Shown here piece after piece: positions 52,076 to 64,000 of a DNA stretch of 64,000 bases. Below the pieces are notes generated by a model. The model was given only the letters and a program-made list of their open reading frames with translations, ran no database searches and had not been told where the DNA came from. The number at the start of each line of letters is the position of its first letter. Position 1 is the first letter of the stretch. The stretch is from positions 99,510,001 through 99,574,000 of the forward strand of contig NC_043000.1 of NCBI RefSeq assembly GCF_006345805.1, read 5' to 3'. The position numbers were made by a program, and so were the translations under genes. Source of the stretch: Octopus sinensis. Taxonomy: Eukaryota.

Positions 52076-52748
52076 TGCCCTTTCTATTATAGGCACAAGT
52101 CTGAATCTCTAGGGCTGAGGTATTGTTGATTACATCAACTGGAAATTATTTCATCAACCTCAAAAAGACGAAAAGCAAAGTTGACTTCAGTGGAATTTGA
52201 ACTGAGATCATACAAATAGACAAAATACCATTAAGCATTTCATTCAGTGTGCTAACAGGTCTGCCAGCTCATTGCCTTATGTATGTATGTCAACATTATT
52301 TTAATGTCCACTTTTCCATGCATGCATGGTTTGGACAGAATTTTTTAAAGATGACCTTTCTGTTGCCATCCTTTGCTGGTTTCTAAGTAAGGAAACCAGA
52401 CATGTTTTCACTTGTTTACAACTATCACATAATGTCAAAGGAAGGAGACAGCAACAATACAAATACTCATGTATATATGTGTGTGTTTGTGTGTGTGTAT
52501 AGAAATGGCATACTCTGAATATATAAGTTAATGTAATCTAATGGTAGTAAGAAATCTGCAAATTAGGTACTCTAAAGCCAGTCAGAAGGACAGTTCTATG
52601 TGAGCATGAAGTAAAGTGCATGTGTGTGCGTGTGCTCACGTGTATGTTTTTTATGGATTCCAAAACTGAGTTGCTGATTTTGATGTATGAGGTATCAAAA
52701 AATTCAATAATCTTTCGGATACTGAATAAAGTATGTTTTATGCACAAC

Positions 52749-53190
52749 AGGTGCAGGAGTGGCTGTGTGGTAAGTAGCTTGCTTACCAACTACATGGTTC
52801 CGGATTCAGTCCCACTGCGTGGCACCTTGGGCAAGTGTCTTCTACTGTAGTCTCGGGCCGACCAAAGTCTTGTGAGTGGATTTGGTAGACAGAAACTGTA
52901 AGAAGCCCGTCGTATATATATATGTATATATATATACATATATATATATATGTATGTATGTATGTGTGTGTATATGTTGTGTGTCTGTATTTGTCCCCCC
53001 AACATCGCTTGACAACCGATGCTGGTGTGTTTACGTCCCCGTAACTTAGCGGTTCGGCGAAAGATATCAATAGAATAAGTACTAGGCTTACAAAGAATAA
53101 GTGCTGGGGTTGATTTCATTTGACTAAAGGGGGTGCTCCAGCATGGCCGCAGTCAAATGACTGAAGCAAGAAAAAGAGAGAAAAGAGAGT
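52749..53190 (+). mobile_element. SINE family A, full length
   Basis: ggtgcaggagtggctgtgtggtaagtagc ... ccagcatggccgcagtcaaatgactgaagcaag. Confidence 0.92.
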
Positions 53191-54392
53191 AACAACTCTT
53201 TTACTACAAAAATAACCTCGTAAACAAGGTTGGGTCGCACAATTTTGAGCTCTTTAGGTAAGTGAGGCAACTCTGCTGGACACAATACTTAACAACAAAT
53301 GTAACACACACATACACACACACACACATTAGGTGCAAGAATGACTGTGTGGTCGAGAAGTTTGCTTCCCAATCACATGCTTCCATGTTCAGTCCCTCTG
53401 AATGGCATAGGGCAAGTGTTTTTTACTATAAACCTAGGTCAATCACAGACTTCTGACTGGTTTTGGTAGATGGAAACTGCAACATTGTTCATCTGGAAAT
53501 GACCGGAAAACATGTTTAGAAAAAACCGTTGTTTGCTTCATACTCTTTGTGTTCCAATTCTATCCATAAGAAAGGAACAAATAATAGAATGTGGCTGTAA
53601 GTTATAACACCCGGGCAACACCGGGGTGTATTGCTAGTATAATACACACACACACACACACACACTGATAATGTATGTGTGTATATGTTGTGTGTCTGTA
53701 TTTGTCCCCCCAACATCGCTTGACAACCGATGCTGGTGTGTTTACGTCCCCGTAACTTAGCGGTTCGGCGAAAGATATCAATAGAATAAGTACTAGGCTT
53801 ACAAAGAATAAGTGCTGGGGTTGATTTCATTTGACTAAAGGGGGTGCTCCAGCATGGCCGCAGTCAAATGACTGAAGCAAGAAAAAGAGAGAAAAGAGAG
53901 TAACAACTCTTTTACTACAAAAATAACCTCGTAAACAAGGTTGGGTCGCACAATTTTGAGCTCTTTAGGTAAGTGAGGCAACTCTGCTGGACACAATACT
54001 TAACAACAAATGTAACACACACATACACACACACACACATTAGGTGCAAGAATGACTGTGTGGTCGAGAAGTTTGCTTCCCAATCACATGCTTCCATGTT
54101 CAGTCCCTCTGAATGGCATAGGGCAAGTGTTTTTTACTATAAACCTAGGTCAATCACAGACTTCTGACTGGTTTTGGTAGATGGAAACTGCAACATTGTT
54201 CATCTGGAAATGACCGGAAAACATGTTTAGAAAAAACCGTTGTTTGCTTCATACTCTTTGTGTTCCAATTCTATCCATAAGAAAGGAACAAATAATAGAA
54301 TGTGGCTGTAAGTTATAACACCCGGGCAACACCGGGGTGTATTGCTAGTATAATACACACACACACACACACACACTGATAATGTATGTGTG

Positions 54393-54394
<2 letters not shown>
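52965..54394 (+). repeat. Near-identical 711-bp tandem duplication
   Basis: Identical ORFs at 53204/53915 and 53262/53973 are offset by exactly 711 bp. Confidence 0.95.
53500..53637 (+). mobile_element. Helitron-type 3' terminus (duplicated, second copy ends 54348)
   Basis: GC-rich hairpin cacccgggcaacaccggggtg followed by ctag|t. The 5' boundary is uncertain. Confidence 0.6.
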
Positions 54395-54434
<40 letters not shown>

Positions 54435-54604
54435 GCCTGATGAAGCCTTCTGGCTTCACAGACCCCAGTAGAACCGTCCAACCCATGCTAGCATGGAAAA
54501 CGGACGCTAAACGACGATGATGATGATGATGATGATGATACACACACACACACATGCTCACACTCACATGCACTATATACACACACACACTTTTTGTCTC
54601 TCTC

Positions 54605-54642
54605 TCTTTCTGAAGAAGGACTAACATCTGAAATATTAAGGA
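54605..54642 (+). ncRNA. CpG-decayed minimal hammerhead relic
   Basis: CTGAAGA-aggactaacatct-GAAA-tat-TA. Restoring three CpG sites gives ggac/gtcc stem II and GAAACGTTA. Confidence 0.4.
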
Positions 54643-57600
54643 CACTAATTTTTAAGTGTTAAACTAATACCATTTCATTGTATCATTAGCTAATTGGTTA
54701 CCTAGTTGAGTACTTGAGTTAATTGTTTTACAGTTTTTTTTTACTATATCTTCAGTGTATCTTGAGATGAAATTCTGTTATTTTTCAGTTGTTTTTGTTT
54801 TAATATTTAGTATCGCTAATTGAATTTCATCAGTCAGTTGATGGGGGCTGCACATTTCTAATTACCACCCTTTCAAATTTGTTGTTTTTGGCACCACTGG
54901 AGAAAAACTTTTTAAAAAATTCTCAATAAGGCGTTTGTTGTATTTCTACAACTCTTTGGATGGTTGTTAATATTATTACATCATCATCATCATCATTTAA
55001 CGTCTGTTTTCCATGCTGGCATGGGTTGGACGATTTGATAGGTGCTGACCAGCTGAAGGGCTATCTGTTTTGGCATGGTTTTTATGTTTGGATGCCCTTT
55101 CTAATGCCAAAAACATAAGAGAGTAAATTAGGTTCTGCTGAGATTTGTGGACATTTAAGTGCCTATCTCTTGCCGTATAGATTCTTAATTCCATAAGTGA
55201 GATTATGAAAGAAGTGCCCTGAGGATGGTATCTGACAGTGCCTCCATTCATATTCCTTGTCTTCATGCTTTTCTTTATTCCAAAGTTTGGATTTGGTGTA
55301 TATAAAGGAGCTAGATTGGACTGAATCGCAAAAAAATTCCTTGTAAGAATGTTCGTGGATCATAAAGAATTTTTCAGATGTGTATTTTAATTATATACCT
55401 TTATATGATATGTGTACTATTCTATCGCACAAGTACAAGGAGGAATAAATACTCATACATAAATCCACAAAAGAACAAACACACACACACAGAAACTCAA
55501 GCACATATGTACGCATCCGTATACATGAAAACACACACCTCCACACATAAATATATCTATATTTTATTGTTAGCGTGTGTGTGTGTGTGTAAAATTTTTG
55601 CCATTCTTCATCATCCTAAGCAACTTGATAATCTCATGGAATTCAGTTTGTGGAATTTGGTTTCCACGATGTATGCAACGATCACAGAAGCTACCGTTTG
55701 AAATACATAACCTATTTAGAAAGTTTTCTTTTGCTGATTACTGATATATAATATCTAGCAAGATTCAGCCATACCAAAAATCTTAAACATTGCTAATCTC
55801 CCACAAAAAAAAAAAGAAAAAAGACTTCCCCCAACCACATACACACACACATGAACATTCACATCCATCCAGTTGAGCCAGTAAGGGAGGCTTTTAATTG
55901 ATTGTTAAGTCTGCTAGAAATAGAACTTAAATTGCCCTCAGATTACATCTTACAATCTTAAGAAAAATGGAAGGAAACATTGGATAATGTCAGTCCTAGA
56001 TGAATAATTATGATGGGATGGTCGTGACTGGAACACATTTGATCTTTGGTCTGCTTAATCTGGGCTAAGTTTAGTATAGACCACTATAGCAATATCTATC
56101 CTTTTCTTTCCAGTAAATTTCATTCATAAAAATGTGGTTGACCTGAGGCTATTATAGAAGTTGCTTGACAAAGAATTGAACTCAGAACTACGTAGTTGTG
56201 AAACAAAATTCTTAACCACATAGCCGTAATTGTCTCAGCCACTCACTGCTCATCACCTGATTGATGTAAACAAGGTTCTATAAACTTTCTCATCACTGGA
56301 ATGGTTGGTAGCTGGTTAAGCAGGTGGTGTGTTTGCATTAGACAAGATCAAACATAGTGTCAAGGCTAGCTGAAGTAATTTCAGCTATGTTGTTGGTATG
56401 GTCAGTCAGTTAGTTTTCCCCCTGGATTTGAGACTGAGTGGTGAGGAGATAGATAGAGAAATAGATTGACTGAGCAATAGATGTAGATATATAGACAGAT
56501 AGCATAGACAGATATATTTGCAAGAAAAATAGGTAGATAGATAAGACAGATAGATTGAGAGACATATATTTGCTAGAGAAATAGTTTGATTGAGGGATAT
56601 AGATGTATACGACAAGTGTTTGCTAGAGAAATGGACAGAGAAAAAGATGTACTTATAGAGACATGATTTTATTTGCTAGAGAAATACATCGATAGAGGAA
56701 TAAAGAAGTAGACTGAGTTCTGGATATAGATAAAAAGATATAATTGAATTTCTAATATAATATGGTACAAAAGTGCATGCACACACACACACTCACACAT
56801 GTATATTTGTGTGTTGATAGCCTCTTAGATATACTAAAAAAATAAGGCAGTCTTTACTTGTAGATAGTAAAATAAATGATTTATATATATGTATGTACAC
56901 AATTATTTGTGTTTATCAATAACCAATCAAATATGACAACGTTCTTAACCTAAGTTGTCTTTCAGAATATTTGTTTTGAGAATAAACATAAGAAAATAAT
57001 TTGAACAGTGGTGAGCTAGTTTAAAAAAGAATATATATGAAAATAATGAAATATAAAATTAAATTTAACATTAAAAAAAATTGTTTGTTGAAGAGTAATA
57101 TCTAACCCCCCCACCCCTATTTCTTCATCATCATTTAATGTCCATGTTCCATACTGGCATGGATTTGGATAGTGTGACAGGATCTGATGGGCCCAAGGCC
57201 TGCATTGTGCTTCAGTATCTGCTTTGGCATAATTTCTATTGTTAGATGCCCTTTCTAAAATGCCAACCAATTTACAGAATGTATTGAGTGCTTTTTTTTT
57301 TTTCATGCTACCAACACAAGTGAGGTCACCATGCAGCTTGTAAAATTATGATCATCTAGTGAGGAGGGAGAACTTTACACTAGCAGAATAAAGAATAAAG
57401 TGGGGTTAAAGTTTGAGGGAAAAGTGCCAGAGTAGAACAGGTTTTTTTGCTGTACATTATGTGCTGGCATGGTTGTGTGTTTAAGAAGGTAATTTCCTAA
57501 CTATGTGGTTTTGGTTTCAGTCACACTGTGGACATTTAAGTGTACTATTCTATCACACAAATTTCTTTTACTATGGCTCTAGGTTGGCCAGAGCCTTGTG

Positions 57601-58216
57601 AGTAAACTTGGCAGATGTGAAAACTGAAAGAGACCCATTGTGTGTATGTACCTGTGTGTGTTGGTGTACTTATGGTTCTTTGTCATCATATCTTGACATG
57701 TCTTAAAGTCATGTGTTAGTTGTAAACAAGTGTTACTGTCTCACAAGCAGTGTCCTTCATTTTCAGTCTTCTGTGAAAATTTGTCTGGCTTTGGAGAACT
57801 ATAAACCTTGCTTAGAAACAGAGGAGGACAGGCAACCGAAAGAGCGTCAAACTGTAGAAAAACTGCCTCTACAAATTCCACCTCACTCATGGAAGCATGG
57901 AAAAAATGTCTGCTCCATCACATTGACCTTATAATCAGATAACTGATGTTGATATTATAACAAAAACAACCGCATCATTTGAACTGACCAAAGGAGGCCT
58001 AAATACAGAGGAACAATTTAAAATTTTCTTTCAAATTGTCTTCCCTGTCTTCAAATGTTTGATGAGGGAATGTGTCCTACAATCACAAAACTTTAAGCAA
58101 TGTGGAACTGAGTAAAACTCTTATTAAATACATTAAACTACAACTAAATGTATTGAGTACTGCTTTCTTTTGTTCATTCACCCACTAATGTTTGTGTGTG
58201 TGTGTCTCTCTCTATA

Positions 58217-58850
58217 TATATCTGAGGCTTTATATAGCTATCTATCTGAGGCTTTATATAGCTATGGTGCGGCCTCATCTGGAATTTGCATCACTGGTCT
58301 GGAGCCCCTATCTTGCCCAGGATATTAATCATCTGGAAACCGTTCAGCAACTTGCAACCAAGAGAACACCCTCCATCAGGTATTTGCCGTATTCTGAATG
58401 CCTTACTTCCCCGGGCATGGATACATTGAAACTCTGACGTCTAGCAGCTAACTTGGCAGACACCCATAAAATTATTAACTATCTTACTAACAATAACTCT
58501 AACACCTTTTCAAACTCCACCTGTCTAACACCCGTGGACATGTTTACAAAGTCAGGAAGCAGCACAGCTCCCATGACTTTCAGAAGCATTTTTTCATGCT
58601 AAGAGTTGCTGAAGCATGGAACAAACTGCCGACATCAGTTGTTGGAGCTCTGCATCCTTCAAAACTTCCATGCTTCCTGAGATTCGCCAACACTACACCT
58701 GATTTTCTCCCCTCCATACACACGCAAGAATGTATCTGACTCATACACTGTTCACTTCCCAGACATTTGTACATTACTGCATATGCTTTATACACACTTT
58801 TGACAAGTTGTGGTGCACCTGAGCACTGTATACAATAATTTCATTATTAT
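58217..58850 (+). mobile_element. CR1-clade LINE 3' fragment
   Basis: LYIAMVRPHLEFASLVWSPYLAQDINHLETVQ.LATK...NTRGH.YK...FF.LRV..AWNKLP, then a 3' UTR ending ttcattattat. A 24-bp tandem duplication sits at the 5' junction. Confidence 0.9.
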
Positions 58851-60739
58851 ATATAGTCAATTTGAGGATGTCAAGTCCTCATTAGGGATTAAATAATCCA
58901 AAAATTTCACTGGTTAATCACTATCATATAAGGAGAAAGTCTCGATATGTTAGGGATTATTATGGCAGATGCAATTTCTTTTTTGGAGATTTATAATTTA
59001 TTCGTATTGTTTTTTATAAAAAAATTTTCAACCTCATAATATCATACTAATAAATTAATTATAAATCCATAATTCTCCATTTTCTTTCTTTCATTATATA
59101 CATTTATAGTTTCTGATGCAAAATGCATTTCAGCTTCATAGGCCTCTTCCATGCTATGTACTTACATCCAGCCATATGCCTAGATGAGAATTCATTTCCT
59201 CTTATGTAGGACAATTGAATAAAACATTCACTGATGTTTTATTTAGTGGCCTGGCTGAATAAAAGTCTGGTATATGCAATTGAAGCAGTGTTAAATTAGA
59301 ATATCCATGTATGTATCAGCTCAAAGTATATACACTTTTGTAGCACTATTAAGTAAAAGAGAACTCAATGCTGAATTGCAGAAGAAAATATCATCACCAC
59401 AACGACCACCACCACCATCACCCTCGACATTTGTTGTCCTTTTTTCCATGCTGGCATGGGTTGGATGGTTTGATAAGCAGAAATGAGTCAGAGGATTCTG
59501 CCAGGTTCTGTGTCTGCTTTGGTATGGTTTCTACAGCGGGATGCCCCTCCTAACACCAACAGCTTAACAGATTGTACTGGGTGCTTTTCATGTGACACCA
59601 GCACCAGTGAAGTCACCAAGTATCCGCAAGATAAGACCCCTATGACTGAGGAGGATATAAGAAACTGTAAAAAAGGAAAAGGAGCAAGTGTCTTGCTGAA
59701 GAGGTGGATACATAGCTAGTGTGTGTGTGTGTGTGTGAGAGAGAGAGAATGAAAGACATGGGAGATTCAGGTACAACATGAATATAAAACAGAATAGGAT
59801 AGAGGAGCAGAAAAGATGGATATTCTGTCATTATATGACAGCTAATAAAAGGGTAAAAAAAGAGTAGAGACCCCATTCCAACATGAATGACCATGGGATT
59901 GTACCTACAAAGTTACCCTTTGAGATACAAGTCGGAGCAAGATTATTTTATGGAAAACCAGCAATTGCCCTTGCATAGCAGTCACCCTTCTCCACACCAC
60001 CGATATAATCCAAGGTAAAGGCTGATACAGCTTGCTACCAGTGATGCCACAACTTATTTCTACAGCTGAGTGAACTGGGGAAATGTGAAATAAAGTGTCT
60101 TGCTCAAGAACACAACACTCAGCCTGGTCTGGGAACCTAACTCGTTACTTCATGATTGTGAGGCTGATGCTGTAACCACTGAGCGGATAAAATGGCTCTT
60201 TGGGTAATGCACTTTATTTCACCTTAATATAAGCACAGAGGCAAATTGTGCTTCTTCTGGGGTTCTTTTACTATGATTGAATTGTAGGGCATGTATTTTT
60301 TATTGGCTGTTATGTTTGTGGTGTTTGTGTGTCCTTTTGAACATTTCAATGCATTTTTGTCTCTGTGCATATGATTGTGTGTGTGTGTGTGTGTTTGTTT
60401 GAATTGTTTACTCTATATGTGTATGCATATGTGTTTTACTGTTTTATTAGCAACAGAAACAGTATTAATACCAAATGGTAATCGTTATATCCAACTTAAA
60501 ATGGATGTGTTGTGAGAACACTGAATACTATGTAATTAGCCCTGAGAGAGCCTCTCATATAGGTACTTGGTGCATAAGAGCACACACACACAGATCATAG
60601 CAGACAAAATTCATTTGTCATGGGCACCTGAATTTCTGTATCACATGATCTCGGTGTATTGGAGCTCCTCAGTGGGAAGCACTGCTCACTGCATGCCAGT
60701 CAATTCTTGCTACTACTGTGTATACGATTTCAGATGCTG

Positions 60740-60778
<39 letters not shown>

Positions 60779-61125
60779 TAAGTGTGTATCTGTGTGTGTG
60801 TGTGTGTGCACGCACACATGTATCTGTTTGTATATGTGTATATATATATATGTATATATGCACACAGACATGCTGTCTATAATCATAACCAGTAACACTG
60901 CTAAATACAGTAGTCTAACAACTATACTAGAAACTGACTGGATGAGGATAATCTATATGGAGCTCATACTGTATAGTCATGCGTCTAACTGTACAAACAG
61001 GATTTATATATAATGTGTGTGTATACATATGTATGTATGCACACATACACTTTATATACATTTATGCATGTGTATGTGTGTGCACCATGTATATTGATTG
61101 ATATAGACATGTATATATATACATA

Positions 61126-61231
61126 CGAGTGGTATATGAAAAGTTTTGAGCCTTGAAGTCTTGTACCTTCATCAGAAGTCTTCTGCCATGTTTTGCTTTT
61201 TTGAGGCTCAAGACTTTTCATACACCCCTCA
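61126..61231. mobile_element. 106-bp mariner-type mini-MITE with TA TSD
   Basis: ta|cgagtggtatatgaaaagttttgagcct ... aggctcaagacttttcatacacccctca|ta. Confidence 0.8.
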
Positions 61232-61241
61232 TATGTATGCA

Positions 61242-61272
<31 letters not shown>

Positions 61273-63059
61273 CTTAGAAGAACAGAATAGAGTAAGTGGA
61301 GCAAGAACACACATGAAAATGAAAGGTGTCACTGAAGAGGTCACAGATGTGTGAAGAAAATTTCTGGACAATGGACATGAATTAAAATAATAAAATAAGA
61401 ACAGTAATAAACAAGTAAAGAAAAAATATATAGTGCATGTGATTATCTGGCAAAAAAAGAAGAAAAAATACAATGCACACACACTCATAAATTTGTATGT
61501 TTTGTATGTATGTATACTTGTGTGTGTCTGCTTGCATTTGCATGCATATATCTCTGCTGGAGTGGTATAGAGGCAGTTGCTCTGCAAACTTATTAAAGAA
61601 GGAAGGAAAGCTAAAAGGTTCTTTTGCCTTTGCAGATTTTTGAAAGTGAACTATTTTGGTGGGTAGGGAACAATGGCTTATTGAGCTACTGTATATTAAT
61701 TTATTTGGGAAAGATACAGGAGATTCTTGAATAGTGGAGGTCATGCTAATGTTATTACTAATTAGGCACGAAATGCTATTCGAAGAGAAAAGAGAAAATG
61801 AAAGACTCCATCAACATAATTACACATTTAGAATATTACAAAGAAGATTGGACGTAAAATTAGCAGCACATGTCTGGTTTTTGAAAAATACACCTCCACG
61901 TAATTAAATGCTTACACCTTGAAAGAAAACTCTGACTTACATTTAAAGACTTTTTGTTGACTTTGTACCCCAGAAATTCTAATCTTGACAATCCCACACT
62001 GAAATAGTGAATAAGTACATAATTTCTTCATGCACTCATATGTGGAGGTACCTACTTGAGAAGCAGAGCAACTTTCCAATAAGTGTAATGTGAAATCCCA
62101 ATAGAATCTCTTCATTTTTATTTTCTCCATTCTCTTCAAATAGTATTTTGTTTTTAATTTCTAATAATGTTAAAATGACTCAAAAAATCTCTTGTGCCTT
62201 TCTCAAATACGATAAACGTCGCCCTTTACAAGCCTAGCCAGTCTCATGGGCTCGGTTTCTCGGTTTCTGTGGCGTATGTGTTCCCCCCAGCTGGACGGGA
62301 TGCCAGTCCATCACAGCCTTACACAAGAAAGAGGAAGAGAGGGTGATAAAGTTGTGGCGAAAGAGTACAACAGAGGTCGCCACCACCCCCTACCGGAGCC
62401 TCGTGGAGCTTTTTAGGTGTTTTCGCTCAATAAACACACACAACACCCGGTCTTGGAATCGAAACCACGATCCTCTGACTGCGAGTCCGCTACCCTAACC
62501 ACTGGGCCATTGCACCTCCACCCTTTCCCAAATAAATGAACAATAATTATATATATAAAACAAAAAAGGTAACACAATTCTCACTCCTCTTAGTGTAGTT
62601 TGTTTTCAATGACCTACTATGGCAAAAAAAAAAAAATCTTTTTAATAAATTCAGATAGCAGTTTCCACCATGCCATCCTAATAGACATATAAATGTGTAT
62701 ACACCTATATCTCGACAGGCACACAGGGGCACATTCATATATATGTATACAACCACTACTCACAACAAACTGTCCAAATAAATACACTTACAGTTGCATG
62801 CGCTCATATAGAAAATAGTTCAAACAAGCCTCGTAGACTTGAAACATGCTTCAGGAGGCATGTGAGACATTCAAATGCAGGCATCAGAATGTTCTAATGA
62901 AACACAAACACAGAAACAATACAAACATAATAACTAATGAAAATGCATACTTAACTTTTCTTTGTTCTTTTAAGAAGCAATTTGTGAAGGTAGAATAAGG
63001 TGCATTACACAAACTACCATGTAATGGCAAAAATTATTAGTTCTTGAGATAATAAAAAT

Positions 63060-64000
63060 AATAAGGCACATGGCCTGAAATTTTGGTTGAGGGAGTAAGT
63101 CGATTATATTGACTCTAGTGCTCAACTGGTACTTACTTTACAAATTCCGAAAGGATGAAAGGCTAAGTAGTCCTTTGCTGCATTTCAACTCAGAACGTGA
63201 AGGCAGATGAAATACCTCTAAGCATTTCACCTGGCATGCTATCTATAATAATAATAATAATCCCTTCTACTATAGACACAAAGCCTGAAATTTTGAGGGA
63301 GGAGACCAGTTGATTAGATCAGCCCGTGAAAGGATGAAAGGCAGTGTTGACCTCAACAGAATTTGAACTCGGAACGTAAAGGCAGATGAAATGTTGCTAA
63401 GTATTTTGCCTGACATGCTATTCTGCCAGCTTGCCACCTTTGGTTTCAAATTTTGCCACAAGGGTACCAATTTTGGGGGAGGGGATAAGTTGATTTCATT
63501 GACCTCAGTGTTTCACTGGTACTAATTTATTGATCTCGAAAGGATGAAAGGCAAAATCGACCTCACCGGAATTTGAACTCAGGACATAGTGACAGACAGA
63601 ATACTGCTAAGCATTTTGCCAGTGTGCTAATGATTCTGCCAGTTTGCTACCTTAATAATAATAATGATAATAATAATTTCAAATTTTGCTGCAAGGCCAG
63701 CAATTTTGGAGGAGAGGATGAGTTGATTACATCGACCCCAGTATTCAACTGGTACTTATTTTTTCGATCCTGAAAGGATGAAAGGTAAAGTTAATCTTGG
63801 TGGAATTTGAACTCAGAATGTAGTGACGGACAAAATGCCGCTAAGCATTTTGCCTGGTGCAGTAATGATTACACCAGCTTGCTGCCTTGTTAATAATAAT
63901 AATAATAATAATAATAATTATAATGATAATAATAATAATCCTTTCTACCGAAGACACAAAGCCTGAAATTTGAGTAGGGAGGGGATTAGTCAAATCGACC
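63060..64000 (-). mobile_element. Tandem cluster of four SINE family B copies plus the start of a fifth, with (AAT)n spacers
   Basis: The block gaaaggatgaaagg..aa.t.ga.ct...atttgaactc.gaa repeats at ~63150, 63328, 63538 and 63772. Confidence 0.85.

Noticed and set aside
54437-54465. CTGATGA followed by a hairpin
   Set aside because: No GAAA box follows. It is part of the RTE tail.
61150-61180. Minus-strand CTGATGA in the mariner mini-MITE
   Set aside because: No GAAA/UH arrangement or stem I.

Overview
AT-rich, microsatellite- and transposon-dense eukaryotic DNA. The SINE families and the long (TA)n/(CA)n tracts point to an octopod cephalopod (Octopus sp.); this is inferred from recognising the repeats, not from a search. 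No intact protein-coding gene is supported. Nearly all listed ORFs are translations of microsatellites or SINEs, and there is one weak candidate exon (8911-8968). Content: at least three tRNA-derived SINE families (CORE-like, Meta-like and Nin/Deu-like central domains); 3' fragments of RTE, CR1/L2-group and R4/Dong-like LINEs; a decayed Penelope-like element (RT plus GIY-YIG, 26.4-29.5 kb); Tc1 (DD34E-type), maT-like and DD41D transposase relics; piggyBac-, mariner- and other MITEs; a Helitron-type 3' end; and two local duplications. The most notable hidden signal is a set of six type I hammerhead ribozyme motifs (7095, 15944, 18406, 23643, 30331, 54605). Several lie in ~320-750 bp non-coding units inserted in (TA)n, and two of those units share downstream blocks. 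This suggests a Penelope-dependent retrozyme/pLTR family in several states of decay.
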